NCBI GenBank assembly: GCA_963693365.1
Contig: CAVNZM010000007.1
Coordinates: forward strand, 4,895,962 to 4,959,961
Direction of reading: 5' to 3'
Length of the DNA: 64,000 nucleotides
Origin: Amoebidium appalachense
Taxonomy: Eukaryota; Protista; Ichthyosporea
Shown here: positions 33,116-64,000 of the stretch, one piece after another
Numbering within the stretch: position 1 is the first letter of the stretch
How the letters are laid out: each line of letters starts with the position of its first letter
Made by a program: the position numbers and the translations under genes
Notes under the pieces: generated by a model
Seen by the model: only the letters and a program-made list of their open reading frames with translations
The model's database searches: none
Told to the model about the DNA's origin: nothing

Positions 33116-34330
33116 TTATTGGTCCTCAGATGCATAAGGAATGCGACTGATACCATCAGCGTCCGGCAAGTCAGAACCCTTTTCATAAATTAACTGGAAG
33201 TCAAAGCCTTGCAGCTTTGCAGCCCAGCGATAAATCCTATCATTGGCAATACGTGTGCCCCCAGTAATACATAAATTCGGTTTATGACCCGTATTTACGC
33301 GAAATTTCCGACCATAGAGATATACTCTCCACTCGTGTGTGAGAGCATATACTAAGGCCAAAGCTTCCCTTTCACTGGTGGAATAAGGTTTTTCTGTGGG
33401 GGAAAATAGTTTCGAAAAATATGCCACACACGGAGAGACCCATCGGCTTGAGTCTGGTATAGGCAGCCCCCCATAGAGATAGCGCACGCATCTGTCTTAA
33501 CGACAAACTTACCCGCATTCTTACTAAAATTAGGAAGCACAAGCACAGGTGGTTTGGTAAGAGCAGTGCGCAAACTATAAAATGCGTGCAGCTGTGTGCT
33601 ATCTTTGTCTATATTTAATTTCTTCGCTGCGTGGCCACCCGTTAATTTTGTTAAGGGTGCGGCCATGCGAATATATCTCCTGAGATAATTTTTTGACACC
33701 TAAAAATTGACGCAATTGGGTGACCGTTTTAGGAATAGGTCACTCTGCAACTGCGTTTATGCGCTTAGGATGGATCGTAATACCATCTGCAGATAAAATG
33801 TGCCCTAAGGCTACGATAGATGGTACCGCGATTTCCGCCTTACTAGCATCGAGCTTAAGGTTGTGTTTAGCTAATGTAGTAAGGACCGCATCCATTTTCG
33901 AAAATAATTCATCTTCCGTCTGCGCATAAAATATATGATCATCAATATAAATAATGCAATTATCTAGGTGGTCTTTTAACAACCAATACATTGCACGCAT
34001 CATAGTAGGGTGGCTATTACTAGCACCCATAACCATGACTTTATATTGGTACAGCTTATTGCCTAATGCGAACGCCGTTTTCGGGCGCGATTCTTTATCA
34101 TAAAAAATTTGCCAAAATGCACGACTCCTATCAAACTTTGCAAAAATGTGTGCACGTTCCAATTCTGCAGTAATATTAGGGAGGGGATATGAGTCTTTAC
34201 GAAGAATTTTATTTAATTTCCGCATATCCTGGGCCATCCTGAATTGGCCAGGTTGCCTTATCGGCACTAAGAAAATAGGGAACTGCCAAGGAGAACCTTC
34301 CGCAGGCTCTGCTTCGTCCCTTTCAATCAT
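33116..34330 (-). pseudogene. Gypsy reverse transcriptase and RNase H, frameshifted
   Basis: SPWQFPIFLV, DMRKLN, DSYPLPNI, FWQI, KTAF, IYIDD (33740-34330); KTDAC (33352-33699); YSTSEREALALVYAL, RIYRWAAKLQGFDF, ADGISR (33116-33487). Confidence 0.92.
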
Positions 34331-35740
34331 TTCATCTACAATTTTCTGTGCCGCTTCTAACTTTACTTACTCTAGGCGCCATTGCTTCACTTTGATTGGT
34401 GGATGGTCACCTGTGTCTAAAGTGGCCTCGAACCCATGCAGCCTGCCATAGTCATGCTCATTATTAATAAACACATCATAATGTTTATCCAAAAATGAGG
34501 AAACACGCTCTAAGACTTTTAGCTCTGGGGTATACTCAGGAAAACTAAATTTCCATGGTATACGGTGGGTGGCGGTGGGTGCTGTCTGTGGTTGGGATTC
34601 ACGGGTCCCATATGGGTACCCCGAGAGCCAACACCTTTCGGTGCAGAGTCAGTGATCACAGTGGCCCCTGACTCTGTTTGAAAAGTGGGGGTATCTACTA
34701 AAGGGGTCGCGGATAAATGTTGCAGATTTATTGGAGCAGGGTGCTGCCGAGAGGGGGGTTCAACCCCCCAAACCGTCATCCAACTCCATATCAACAACAT
34801 TATCATCAACATTATACCCTCACTATTACAGACACCCATGGCGGTCGTGCATGCACTAGTATACAAAGAGTGGATAGCTAACCTACGAGCATAATCCACC
34901 TCATCTGAATACATAGGATTAGGCACACCCACAAGCACACACCCGCAAGGACGCACGCACACACCTACGCATACACACAACGCACACATTTCCACACGCA
35001 CACACAAACGCCCTAATACGCCCACCCAGCTGAAATTCAACCACTCAACCTCACACACAAACACACATACCCACCCACCCCTTCCCCTCCCCTCCCCTCC
35101 CCACACACACACACATACACACAAACACACACACGCCTACATCTATGCATGCGCACACCCACGTGCACACGCACACATACACTGGCAAGCTGCTGAGGCG
35201 CACAGTTGAGAGCACACGTTAAGTCACCGACGTAGATTATATAACTTTTCCTCATTGCAAGAGGCATGTGTTTGGTTCTTATTGTTCATCGTCCTCTTGC
35301 CTATCTGTACGCCTTTTTGGATTGTGGGGGAATGGCAGTGTGGGAGTGTGTACTCCGAATGTCCGGTAATGATTAGGGAGGGGTGTGTGTGTGTGGGTGG
35401 GTATGGTGCTGCAGGTTATGTATGGGGTTTGTGTTGTGCACGTGCCTGTCAGCTCCGTTGTGCCCACTGCCTCCGTTCCCTCTTCCTGCTCACACGCCGT
35501 AGGCTATAGCTGGTCGGCTGCACCTCTTTGTCAGGCGCACGCACAGGCATAGGCACAGGCACAGGCACAGGCACCGGCACAGGCACAGGCACAGGTACAG
35601 GCACAGGTACAGGCACAGTCACATCCCCACGGGCATGTGTGTGTGTGCCTGGCTGTGTGTGATTTGGGCAGGCTGTACTGCAGGGGTGTGTATGCACTCT
35701 GCTGCTCTTCACTTGACTCGTGGTAACTTCAGCCCCTTCC

Positions 35741-35771
<31 letters not shown>

Positions 35772-35875
35772 AAAAAAAAAAAAAAGTGGAAATATAAATA
35801 AAAATTAAAATTTCAAAACACCAATGAAAATCCTTATGGCACAAACACACACACACGCGCGCACGCACACACGCG

Positions 35876-35958
<83 letters not shown>

Positions 35959-36212
35959 GCGCGCGAACGCACACACACGCACACGAACACACACACACCT
36001 GTGCTCCAGCCAATCCCCTCCCCCCCCTCCCCCCCCCCTCTCTCCACCCCTTATCCCCTCCCCCTTCCCGCTGCGGGCCCAAAAGACCAGTGACTGCCAC
36101 CACTGCCAACCCCTCACCCCACACACTGTGTGTTGCTTTCATATATTAGCCAGACTGTGTTCCTATCTCTAGAGTTTAGATTATCATTGGTATACTACTT
36201 GCATTCCTATTT

Positions 36213-36250
<38 letters not shown>

Positions 36251-37011
36251 AGCCCTCACCCCTCCCCCCCCCCCCCCCCCCCCCCACCTTTCTTTGCACC
36301 GACTGCCGGCATGAACACTGAGCTGGGCGGTGTACCCGTGCGCCTGCATACAGCTGTGTGTGCCCGTGGCCTGGATGCTGCTATGCATCTTACAATAAAG
36401 CCCTCTGTGGTTTTCTAGTCCTCCATCTTACACATCTTTCTGCCCACTGTACATGTCCTCCCCCTCCCCCCCCCCCCCCCCCTCCCCCCCTCTCTCCCCC
36501 CCCCCCAGGTGAAAAGTGGACTCTCTTGCACACTGAATGCACAGTAAAGAATGTGTATAGAACGAGTTTATTATCTAATAGAGGAAGCACTCAATCCGGT
36601 AGTTTAGTTCCGACCGAATACGTCCTCACTATCCAGCAGAGCTGAGCTCCACAGAGTGCTCGACCTTGTATCCGAGTACAAAACCTCTCTACAATCAACT
36701 CACTCTAGATTAGCCCGTGGGCCATATTTGTAGTTTCCAGACCAATCACAAACGTTCTATTAATTTCTATCCCCAAGGGAATATTAGCCAATCACGTACG
36801 AGATGATTTCCTATTCGCTAAACACGCACTCTCAATAACCGCAGCTCCTATTGTGCGTGTACCATGATGGCGACACAAGTAGTGCTTTGGATTGCTCATC
36901 AAACACGTGTCAGACACAGAGTTTTACTCCCCCTCCCCCCCCCCCCCCCCCCCCCCCCCCCTTCTCCCCCCATTCTCTGTGCCGGAAGGCCAAAATTCCT
37001 AAGGTGTGTGT

Positions 37012-37042
<31 letters not shown>

Positions 37043-38372
37043 CTTGATTAGCGCACAGGGGTATATCCCGGATGTGGGAAGGACACTATATAGAGAGAGG
37101 AAAAGGTACAAATGTGGAGATAGGTAAGGCTTGGCGATGTTAGGGGTGGTCTCGGGTAACCTGGACATGAAAACGTACGTGTGTTGGCCATGGTGGGAGG
37201 ACCTGGTTTCTTTCCTTTTTTTTCTTTTCTTTTCTTTTTCTTTCTTTTTTTTTGGTGGTGGTGGGGGGAGGGAGGGGGGGGGGGGGGGGGGGGGGGAGGG
37301 GGGGGGGGGAGGGAAGAGGGGGGGACATGTACAAACCGTGGAGAGAGACAGTATTATCATGTATGGGGTCGGCTGAGGACAATCACGTATGTGCACTCAA
37401 GCAAAGGTGGGAGACGAGGAAGTGTACAGGACAGGGAGGGACCCAGTGGAGGTGGGTGGGCTTTGGGGGGGGGGGGGGGGGGGAGGGGGGGGGAGGGGGG
37501 GGGAGGGGGGGGGGGGGGGGGGTATTATATTAATTATTAAGGAGGTGGCTGACCAATAGCCTAGTCAGAAACCGAATGAAAGCGAAAACGGAAAACAAAA
37601 GACACAATGAATTCGAAATAGATGATAGAAGAGGGCCTAAAGCCGAGCCCTGTACACGTGCACTGAAGACATTTAAGGCCCTACGAGTAGTAGAGTACGA
37701 GCCAAACCCACGGTACCTCAAAAGTCGTCGACACCCCGGATGGATGGTGTCATGCATTCATGATAGATCGTACTTATTTCTTTTTCTTTTCTGAACGTTT
37801 CTTCTTTTCCCCGTCTCTAACTGCGTTAAAGCCGGGTTTGGGAATCCAAACGGAACAACACTGCGAACAAATACGTTGGAGTGACAGGCAGTCACTGTCA
37901 CAGTGGGCAATGTGAACACGGCCATTTAAAACACGTGTCCCAATTGGTACAATGGTACGTGTGTAGATGTGCTACGTAGCCTCGGAGCTAGCCTGCCTGC
38001 TACGTACGCTCACCCAGTTTAGCTTCTTAAGCCATGCATGCGGATGTCACAGTGTTTCTCAGCTTGTCAGTACTAGTCAATATTTCCAACCGGTGCCGAC
38101 TGGTACACCGTAGTCTGCCGGTACACCGTAGTCTGCCGGTGGCAGTCCGGAACGAAGACTCTTCATTTTTGATCTTTTCTACCAACTATTGATACAGCAC
38201 GGGGATGGGCCTTTCGAAATATACACTATTTACATAGAACCCCGTACACATTGTCAACACAGTTTTGCACGCACGTATAGTGTCTTTCTTCCGGAAAACG
38301 GTTTCTCGTCCCCCCCCCCCCCCCCCCCCCCGGACATATAGTGTATTTCTTCCGGAAAACGGTTTCTCGTCC

Positions 38373-38408
<36 letters not shown>

Positions 38409-38584
38409 TTGTCCCCCTTGCCTCCCTCCCTCCCCCCCAGCCCCTTTCCTCCCCTCCCCACTCCCCGTCTCCCCTCCCGCCCTCCCCCAAAAAATACAAA
38501 GGCACACAGTCTCCTCCTGAGTCGCCCCTGTCACCCAACCTCTTTTTGATACTACACTCACACATATCCTGTCAACTGTCAACC

Positions 38585-39056
38585 ATGGAAAGACCCCCAG
38601 GGCCTCTTAGGCGCATCGTCCGCTCTCGCTCCGGCGCCACCTCCCTCACTTTCCTCCCTGCCCCCTACCCTTCCTTCAATGGCCGCCACAGCCGCCCACA
38701 TGCGCCCACTATGCTTCGTGAGTGTCAGATATGCAGGGAGAAGAAGGACGAGGCGAAAATTGTGTCAGTGAGTGATCTGTGCCAGCATGAGGACTTGTAC
38801 TGTGGTGAGTGTCTGGCACGGCACGTGGAGGCAGAGGTGCACTCCAAGGGCAACACCATGAGTGTTAAATGTCCCAACCACACCTGTCGTGTACAGCTGG
38901 AGTATGTAACTCCTCCCCCCCCCCCCCCCCCCCCCACGCACACACACCAAGTTTGTCTCCGAACCCCCCCCCCCCCCCCCCCGCCCCTTCTTTCCCCCCC
39001 CCCCCTCCCCCCCCCCCCCCCACCTCTCCAACCTTTTCTGTTACGGCCTCTCTCTC

Positions 39057-39114
<58 letters not shown>

Positions 39115-39991
39115 CCCCCCCCCCCCCCCCCCCCCCCCCGGCCACCCCTCTCAACCTGTCTCTTTTCGAACGCCCTTTATTTCTCTAAAAAATACAAACA
39201 CTTCTTAGACTATCCGTAATCCCCCCCCCCCCCCCCTCCCCCCCCCCCTCCCCCCGGTCACTCTGCCGTCCGATGTGTACTATTATCTCCTCCACAGTGT
39301 TAGGAGCTCACCCTGCTGCATGTTCGCACAATAATCTTTAGCCAATAGGATTGTATTATCCTTGAGGGAGCAGTTTTTGGTCTTAAATGTTTAGCCATCT
39401 ATGTGTAACTTTCATGTGGCCGAAATCAAGCCAGTAACATATAGTAGAGTCTTGTAAATTTAGCACTAACACGAAACAGCCTTGATCTGGCAAACAAACC
39501 ACACACACATGATTCGTTTGCTCTGCCAAACCAGTTTTAATCATTCGGATCTTAGCACCTACTTACTCGATTGCACAATGCGTAGGCAATTAATCGAATT
39601 CATGTCTCTCACAAATCACCCTCTCCCACCGAACCTTCTCCCCTCCCACCATCTTCTCTTCTTTCCCGGCCCAATTAAAACAAGATAAGACACAATCCTT
39701 TATGCCAGTATTGATTTGTCCCCCCCCCCCTCCCCCCTCCACGCGCCCCTCCCCCTCCCTTCTTCCCTCCCCCCTCCCCCACCACTTTCTCTATCTCTCT
39801 CTCTCTTCCCCCCCCCCCCCCCCTTCCCTCTCCCCCCCCCCCCCCTTTTTTTTTTTTGGCCAGGCATGCAGACATCAAGAGGCTCGCTACGGACCGTGTG
39901 TTCAAGTACTACGACAGGCAGCTGGTCAGACGGCTGCTGGCAACCATGGAGGACTTCCGGTATGTGTGTGTGTGCGCGCGCCCGCGCGGGC

Positions 39992-40034
<43 letters not shown>

Positions 40035-41875
40035 TGTGTGTGTTTGTGTGCATGCATTTGTATGTGTCTGTGTGCGTGCTTGTGCGTGTTTGCGTGCGTG
40101 CGTGCGTGCGTGCATGTACGTGCGTTTGTCCGTGTGTGTGTGTGTGTGTGTGTGTCAATGTATGATAAGTCAAACGTCTAGGTGCGGGGTGTGTTGGTGG
40201 GTGTGTGCATGTGTGCATACGTGTGCTTTTGTCACGGTAGTACCTGTGCCCGTGGTGCCTGTGCGTCTAAGACGGTCTGTGCTTCTGCCTGTGTCTGCGT
40301 GTGTGAATGCCTGTCTCCCACCAGGTCTCGTTTTCTCTCTCGCCCTTGTGTTTGTATGAGTGGGTGGGTGTGGGAGAGGTGGTGGTGGTGGTGGTGGGTG
40401 TGTGTGGGGGGGAGGGGGGGAGCCTCAGGGGAGGGAGGTCTGAGAAAATGCATGTTCGTTCTTTAAGTGTGTGTGTGTGTATGTGTGTGTGTGTGTGCGT
40501 GTGTGTGCGTGTGTGTGTGTGCACGCGTGCACCTGCTGCGTGCGCTCGCACGACTTCTGGTTGTGCATTTTTCGTCAATATGGATCAATAATCTCAAGAA
40601 CAGATGAGGGGAGAGGGGTTGGGGAGGGAGGGGTGTGGGGGAGGGTGTGTGTGTATGTGCGGGAGGGGCAAGAGGGGGGGAGGGGAGGGGGGGGAGTCAA
40701 TATTTAAACGAGTAGCAAAAACGACGGGAAGTGAGATGTACCCTTCAACGTCAATTACAATGCCTTGCTGTGACTATGATCCGTTTACCACGCTTATGCA
40801 CAAACCAACCAATCAAATTGCTTTACAGCTGGTGCAAGAATGCGACATGCGGCAGTGGGCAGGAGCATGTGGGGGGTGCTGCCCTGCCTCTCATGTGGTG
40901 CAATGAATGTTGGGGCAAGTCATGCTTTGTGCACAATGTACCCTGGCATAACGTGTGTAACCCTTCTCCTCCCCTCCCCTCCCCCTCCCCCCCTCGCCCC
41001 CCTTTTCTCCCCCACCCCCCTTCCTTCACTACATCACACTCGTAGAAAGTGGGGCTGTTTTAAAAGGCGTGCCATGTTATCCGCAAAGATTAGATCTGAA
41101 TGCGGCACATTATTTGCGTGTACGGTGGGATGATAGAATTTGGGTGGGGCGGCCCCGGGTGTGTGTGTGTGGGGGCGGGGGGGGGGGGGGAGGGGAGAGG
41201 GGAGGGGGGGGGGGGGGGGGGGGGACGAGGGGTTGGGAGGTTTGTGAGAGGGGGAGGAACCCGGGGGAAGGGGGAGGGAGGAGGGGCAGGGGGAGGGGAG
41301 GGGGGGGGTGAGGGGAGGGAGGGGGTCTTAAGTGACCACAGCTATACGTACCGGATGAAGGTTTGGTAGAAGTCGGTTAGGAACCACCCACTTGAAATGC
41401 AAAAGTTTTACAGCACAATGACTCTGACACTGAACGTGATAGATGGCAAGAAAAGTAAAGTATACGTATAAGGAAAAGGTCTTAAAGCTGACTACGGTAA
41501 ATCAGCTAATCAACCTAGTTAATTTACTGAAACCGTTATCCTTCAGAGTCTGTCGTGCGAGCAGTACGACGAACAGCTGCGGGCGGAGGAGGACCGAGCC
41601 AACAATGACGTCATCATGCGCACGACAAAGCCCTGCCCACGGTGCGCCCGTCGCATAGAAAAGAACAGCGGGTGCAACCACATGACGTGCAAGCGCCCGG
41701 GGGGGTACGTGTGTGTGTGTGTGTTTTTGCGCGTGCGCGTGCGTGTGTGCGTGTGTGTGTTTTTGGGGTGGGGGGGGGGGGGGGGGGGGGGGGAGGGGGG
41801 TTTGTGAGGTGTGTGGGATGTGTGGGTGTGTGTATGGGCCGGTGACACTGTGTGTGGGTGGGTGTGTGCACGTGT

Positions 41876-41964
<89 letters not shown>

Positions 41965-43096
41965 GCGTAGATGTGTGTGTGTGTGTGTCTGTGTGTGTGC
42001 ATGCGTGTGCGTGCGCGTCGCGGAGCGAGTGTGCATGTCTGCGCGTGCGCGTGTGCGTGCAGGCATGTGGGTGTGGGTGTTTCTGTTGGTTTGTCTGCGC
42101 ACGTGTCGGCTACAGTGGGTGGGCGGGTCACGGGTGGGTGGGTGCGCCTGTGAATGGGTGATGGTGTGCGGGTGTGTGCGGATGGATGGGTCTGTGAGTG
42201 GGTCTGTGTGGTGGGTGTGTGGGTTGGGTGGGTGCATGTGTGGGTTGTGGCCTTGGGTGGTTGGGTGTTTGCCAACGGTGTTTTCTTTATTCTTTCATTC
42301 TTCCTTTTTTTTTTTTTTTTTTTCATAGTATCCCCGGGGGGAGGGGGTGATGGGAGGAGGGAAGGGGGAAGGGGAGGGGGGGGGGGGGGGGAGGGGGGGG
42401 GGGGAAAGGGGGGAGGGAGGAGGGGGGGAACTAATGGATCGGCTGTTTTGCCAAAAGTTTTGGTTCCGACGGGATTTTGGGACGAGAGAGGAGGGTAGAA
42501 CGAGTCGGAAGTGGAGATGGGAGAGATTGGGAGGCCTAGGGTATTCGTTGTGGTTGCGTGACATGTAAATGGAAACTATTTCAGTATGCCCGAGTCCATC
42601 AGGGGAAAAGAGACGGTGGCATGAAGGCTTTTGGACAGCAGCTGTGCATAGTGCGTTCTTACCTTTCAGCTGTGAATGTGTGTACTGTATCATGATGTGT
42701 GTGTGCAAGTGCGGATGTGAGTGTGGGTGTACATGTTTGTGGGTAGGGGTAAGGGGAGGGGGGCCGGACGGGCTGGATTCAAGACGGGGAATCCTCGTTC
42801 TTTTCTTCTTTAAAGGTGTTTGTGTGTGTGTGTCTGAGTGTGTGTGTGTGTGTGTGTACGCCTGAAGGGGAGGAGGTTGGGAGGGAGGTTTGCTGCTAGT
42901 GTAAAGAATGTGCTTTTGTGTTCGGAATCCAGTCAAAGTTCGCCCCAAGGAGCGAAACATACATTTGTCACTGAGGAGTGTTGTTTCAGCGACGAAAGTG
43001 CCGATTTATAATTACATAGAGTCAGAAGTCTGAGGTTTTATCTCTATAACCTCTTTGTGTAACGTTTTCTGATTGCCCTTCCTTGATTTTGTCCTT

Positions 43097-43143
<47 letters not shown>

Positions 43144-43341
43144 ACACACACACACACACACACAAATGCTTCTTTAATATTACCCGTAGCCGTCCTCAAC
43201 CTCCATAATTTCACTGATGCTTACGGACACAGGTGTGGGCACGAGTTCTGCTGGCTGTGCCTTGCCGACTATACACCCATCCTCCGTCAGGGCAACCAGT
43301 GGCACCGGTCCACCTGCCAGTATTATGCAAACTACCACTGA
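38585..43341 (+). CDS. RBR (RING1-IBR-RING2) E3 ubiquitin ligase, ~267 aa
   Basis: Phase-consistent exons 38585-38901, 39864-39959, 40829-40952, 41547-41704, 43233-43341. RING1 CQIC...CQH...CGECL...CPNHTC; [16 protein letters not shown]...CNEC...CFVHNVPWH...C; RING2 TKPCPRC...[12 protein letters not shown]...CGHEFCWLC. Confidence 0.92.
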
Positions 43342-44126
43342 GGGGCCGAGACAGAATCGAGGGATGAGTGCACGTGGCGGTAGCCAGATTGGCTTGGAGA
43401 GCCAGAGCAGTTATAACGTTAGGGTATAAGATGACTTCGAGGGACAGGGTTCAGATGTTTTCCGAGGGATGGAAAGGATTTGAAATCCTGACGACGAGGA
43501 ACTGATTGAGTGGGTGGACGCAGGAAGGTTGAGGATTCGCGATCGATCAAACCGGGAGATCTAGATCCACGTGAAGAGACACAGCCTGTGTGGGATATCT
43601 CGGATTTTTTATGTATTTTGAAATATACCGAGTGAACGTTCTTATTCCTGGAGTATTAGTGAGCAGTTACAGACTGCATGAGAATACATTGCCGTGGTGC
43701 CGTGCCCCGTGTGTATGTGTACGAGTGGTTCAGACGGTGCATACGTGCATGCATGGGTATGTATCCGTATGCATGCGCACATGTTCGCAGTTGTACATGT
43801 ATAGTACATCTACTTGTGCATGTGTCTTACTCAAGTAGTGAGGCACACATCCACTATCATTGTGTGTGTGTGTGTGTGTGCGTGTGTGTGTGTTGGGGGA
43901 AGTGGGTGGAGGGGATGTTGAGGGTGGTGGTGGTGGTGGTGGTGGTGGTGGTGGTGGTGGGGGGGGGGGGGGATCACACGGTACATTTTACACAAAACCC
44001 CATAATCATCGACACTGTGACAATTCTCTTTCGTTCGATTTAGTGTTGACCAGCAGCACCCGTCACCGTGTTCCTTCTGTGTCTGTCTCTAACCATAACT
44101 GCCACGAGTTTGGAACCTCAAAACGT

Positions 44127-44190
<64 letters not shown>

Positions 44191-44439
44191 AAAAAAAAAA
44201 AAAAAAGAGAGAAACCGAACAACAGCAATATCAGGGAAGTGCTAATACTAGTATATTTGCACTCTATTATTATTAGCCCCTTTTTCATTCATCATTCATT
44301 CCATGACTCATCCCATCTCGTCCCAAAGTTCATTCATTCATTCACGATATCTCTAACACAACCAGTAGTACCTCATCAAGCACACAATTAGACTAGCACC
44401 AACCAATAGACCAATCATGTAAACAAAATAGATTTAAAA

Positions 44440-47127
<2,688 letters not shown>

Positions 47128-47892
47128 GGTGCTGTTGACACTGCTGGGCAGGTAGTCTACTAACGCAAGTTTCGTTTGGTTTTAGGCTCAAATCCTACGC
47201 TGTGTTTCTGGCTCTTTTGACACTGCCTAGCCTGTCGCTATCAATCGAGATAGCTTGTCAGATTGTCGAGTACTGGCTCGCCTGGATCACGCCGGGGTTG
47301 GCTTGCACTGCAGAACTAAACAGAATTCTGTATTGCCTCTTCATAGGGCAGCTTTTTCGTTAGTAAACTATCAAACTGACCTGGGCGTTCGTGAATGAAA
47401 GGTAGTCACAAAAAAAAAAAGATTGAACAAAACCTACGGGTCAAGTTTGAGTCTGTGTGGAGTCTCTAGATGGCCGTGGTCTGTGTGGGTCGTGATCGTC
47501 GTTGCATGTGCCTGTTGCGTAATATGCAAGGCCTAGTGTAGCCTAAAAAGGTGACAACATTGATTGTGCAAAAATACGCACAAACACCGATGCGTTTGTC
47601 AGCGAATCATATGCAATCTTTAGAATATAGATTGTTGGTCTCTTGGGAAAATCGGCGATTTTTAAACATTACGTAAATAATGTAAGCGGCCGATTTTGGC
47701 GGACTGAGCCACTGGCTTTGCATTGCGGCCTCTCAGCTCGACGACGATCGTACGAAATAGCACTACGAATTTTCGTCTTTGTGTTTTATTTTATTTTATC
47801 GTCTCTCTTCTTTGACTCAAGGCCATGCTTTCAACAGTTAGGTAGAAAGGAAGTACATTCAGCACCCTTTTGGTGTTTCGGTGCAGGTGAAG

Positions 47893-63507
<15,615 letters not shown>

Positions 63508-64000
63508 GTCTGTTCCCCCCCCCCCTCCCCCTCCCCCCCTCCCCTTTTCTTACACAAACAGGCACACACACATACACCACACCACACCACGCTTCCTTCA
63601 TCCCTGTCGCCCCGTCGGCAATTCATGGGATTAAACCCTAGACACTCCCACGCACACAGCTCATACTTGTATAAAGCAACAAGGACAGAAGGGGTGGGTG
63701 TGTGCGGGAAGGGGAGGGAGGGGGGGGGGGGGAGGGGGGGAGGGGGGGAAGGGGGAGGAGGGGGGGAAAGGGGGCCGAGGATTTGTGATTAGTAGGGTGA
63801 TGGGGGGGTTGGGGTCAGAGGAATGATGCGAACACACATTGCAAAGACAGGCAGGAATGTTGGTGTGCGTCGTGTGTGTGTGTGCGTGTATGTGTGTGTG
63901 GGGGGGGGGGGGGGGGGGGAGGGAAGGGGGGGGGGGGGGGAGGGAGGGTAGTGGGGGAGAGGGGATGTGGGGGAGCGGGGAATTCTAAGGTGGTTGTTGG

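Larger units (their letters stand above)
30530..34770 (-). mobile_element. Decayed, 5'-truncated Ty3/gypsy chromovirus-type LTR retrotransposon
   Basis: RT-RNaseH-integrase-chromodomain order on the minus strand, followed by PPT and LTR; split over several frames; no gag or protease recognised. Confidence 0.92.

Overview
Eukaryotic, intron-rich genomic DNA saturated with poly(C)/poly(G) runs and (CA)n/(TG)n/(GA)n microsatellites. Most ORF-track entries are translations of these repeats and are not genes. The animal-like VPS53 suggests a unicellular holozoan or other opisthokont protist (inference). Hand-assembled GT-AG gene models: the 3' part of a double-HotDog acyl-CoA thioesterase (+), a divergent intronless DnaJB / IQ-BAG Hsp70 co-chaperone pair sharing a heat-shock element, a C2-coiled-coil-PLAC8 protein (-), an intronless caspase-fold (His-Cys dyad) protease with a C-terminal CCCH finger (+), a secreted Trp/Cys-rich repeat protein (-), an RBR E3 ligase (+), Pol III subunit RPC9/CRCP (-) and VPS53 (+, 22 exons, runs off the window). 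Mobile DNA: a decayed chromodomain-bearing Ty3/gypsy element with one LTR and a PPT, two poly(A)-tailed retroposon copies with 13-bp TSDs, and several MITE-like foldbacks. The most unusual signal is a dispersed intronic element family: every copy found is sense to its host gene, copies are variably 5'-truncated and end in C-rich tracts, the family carries a ~155-nt pseudoknotted RNA fold with compensatory changes between two copies, and some copies appear to supply the host intron's branch point.
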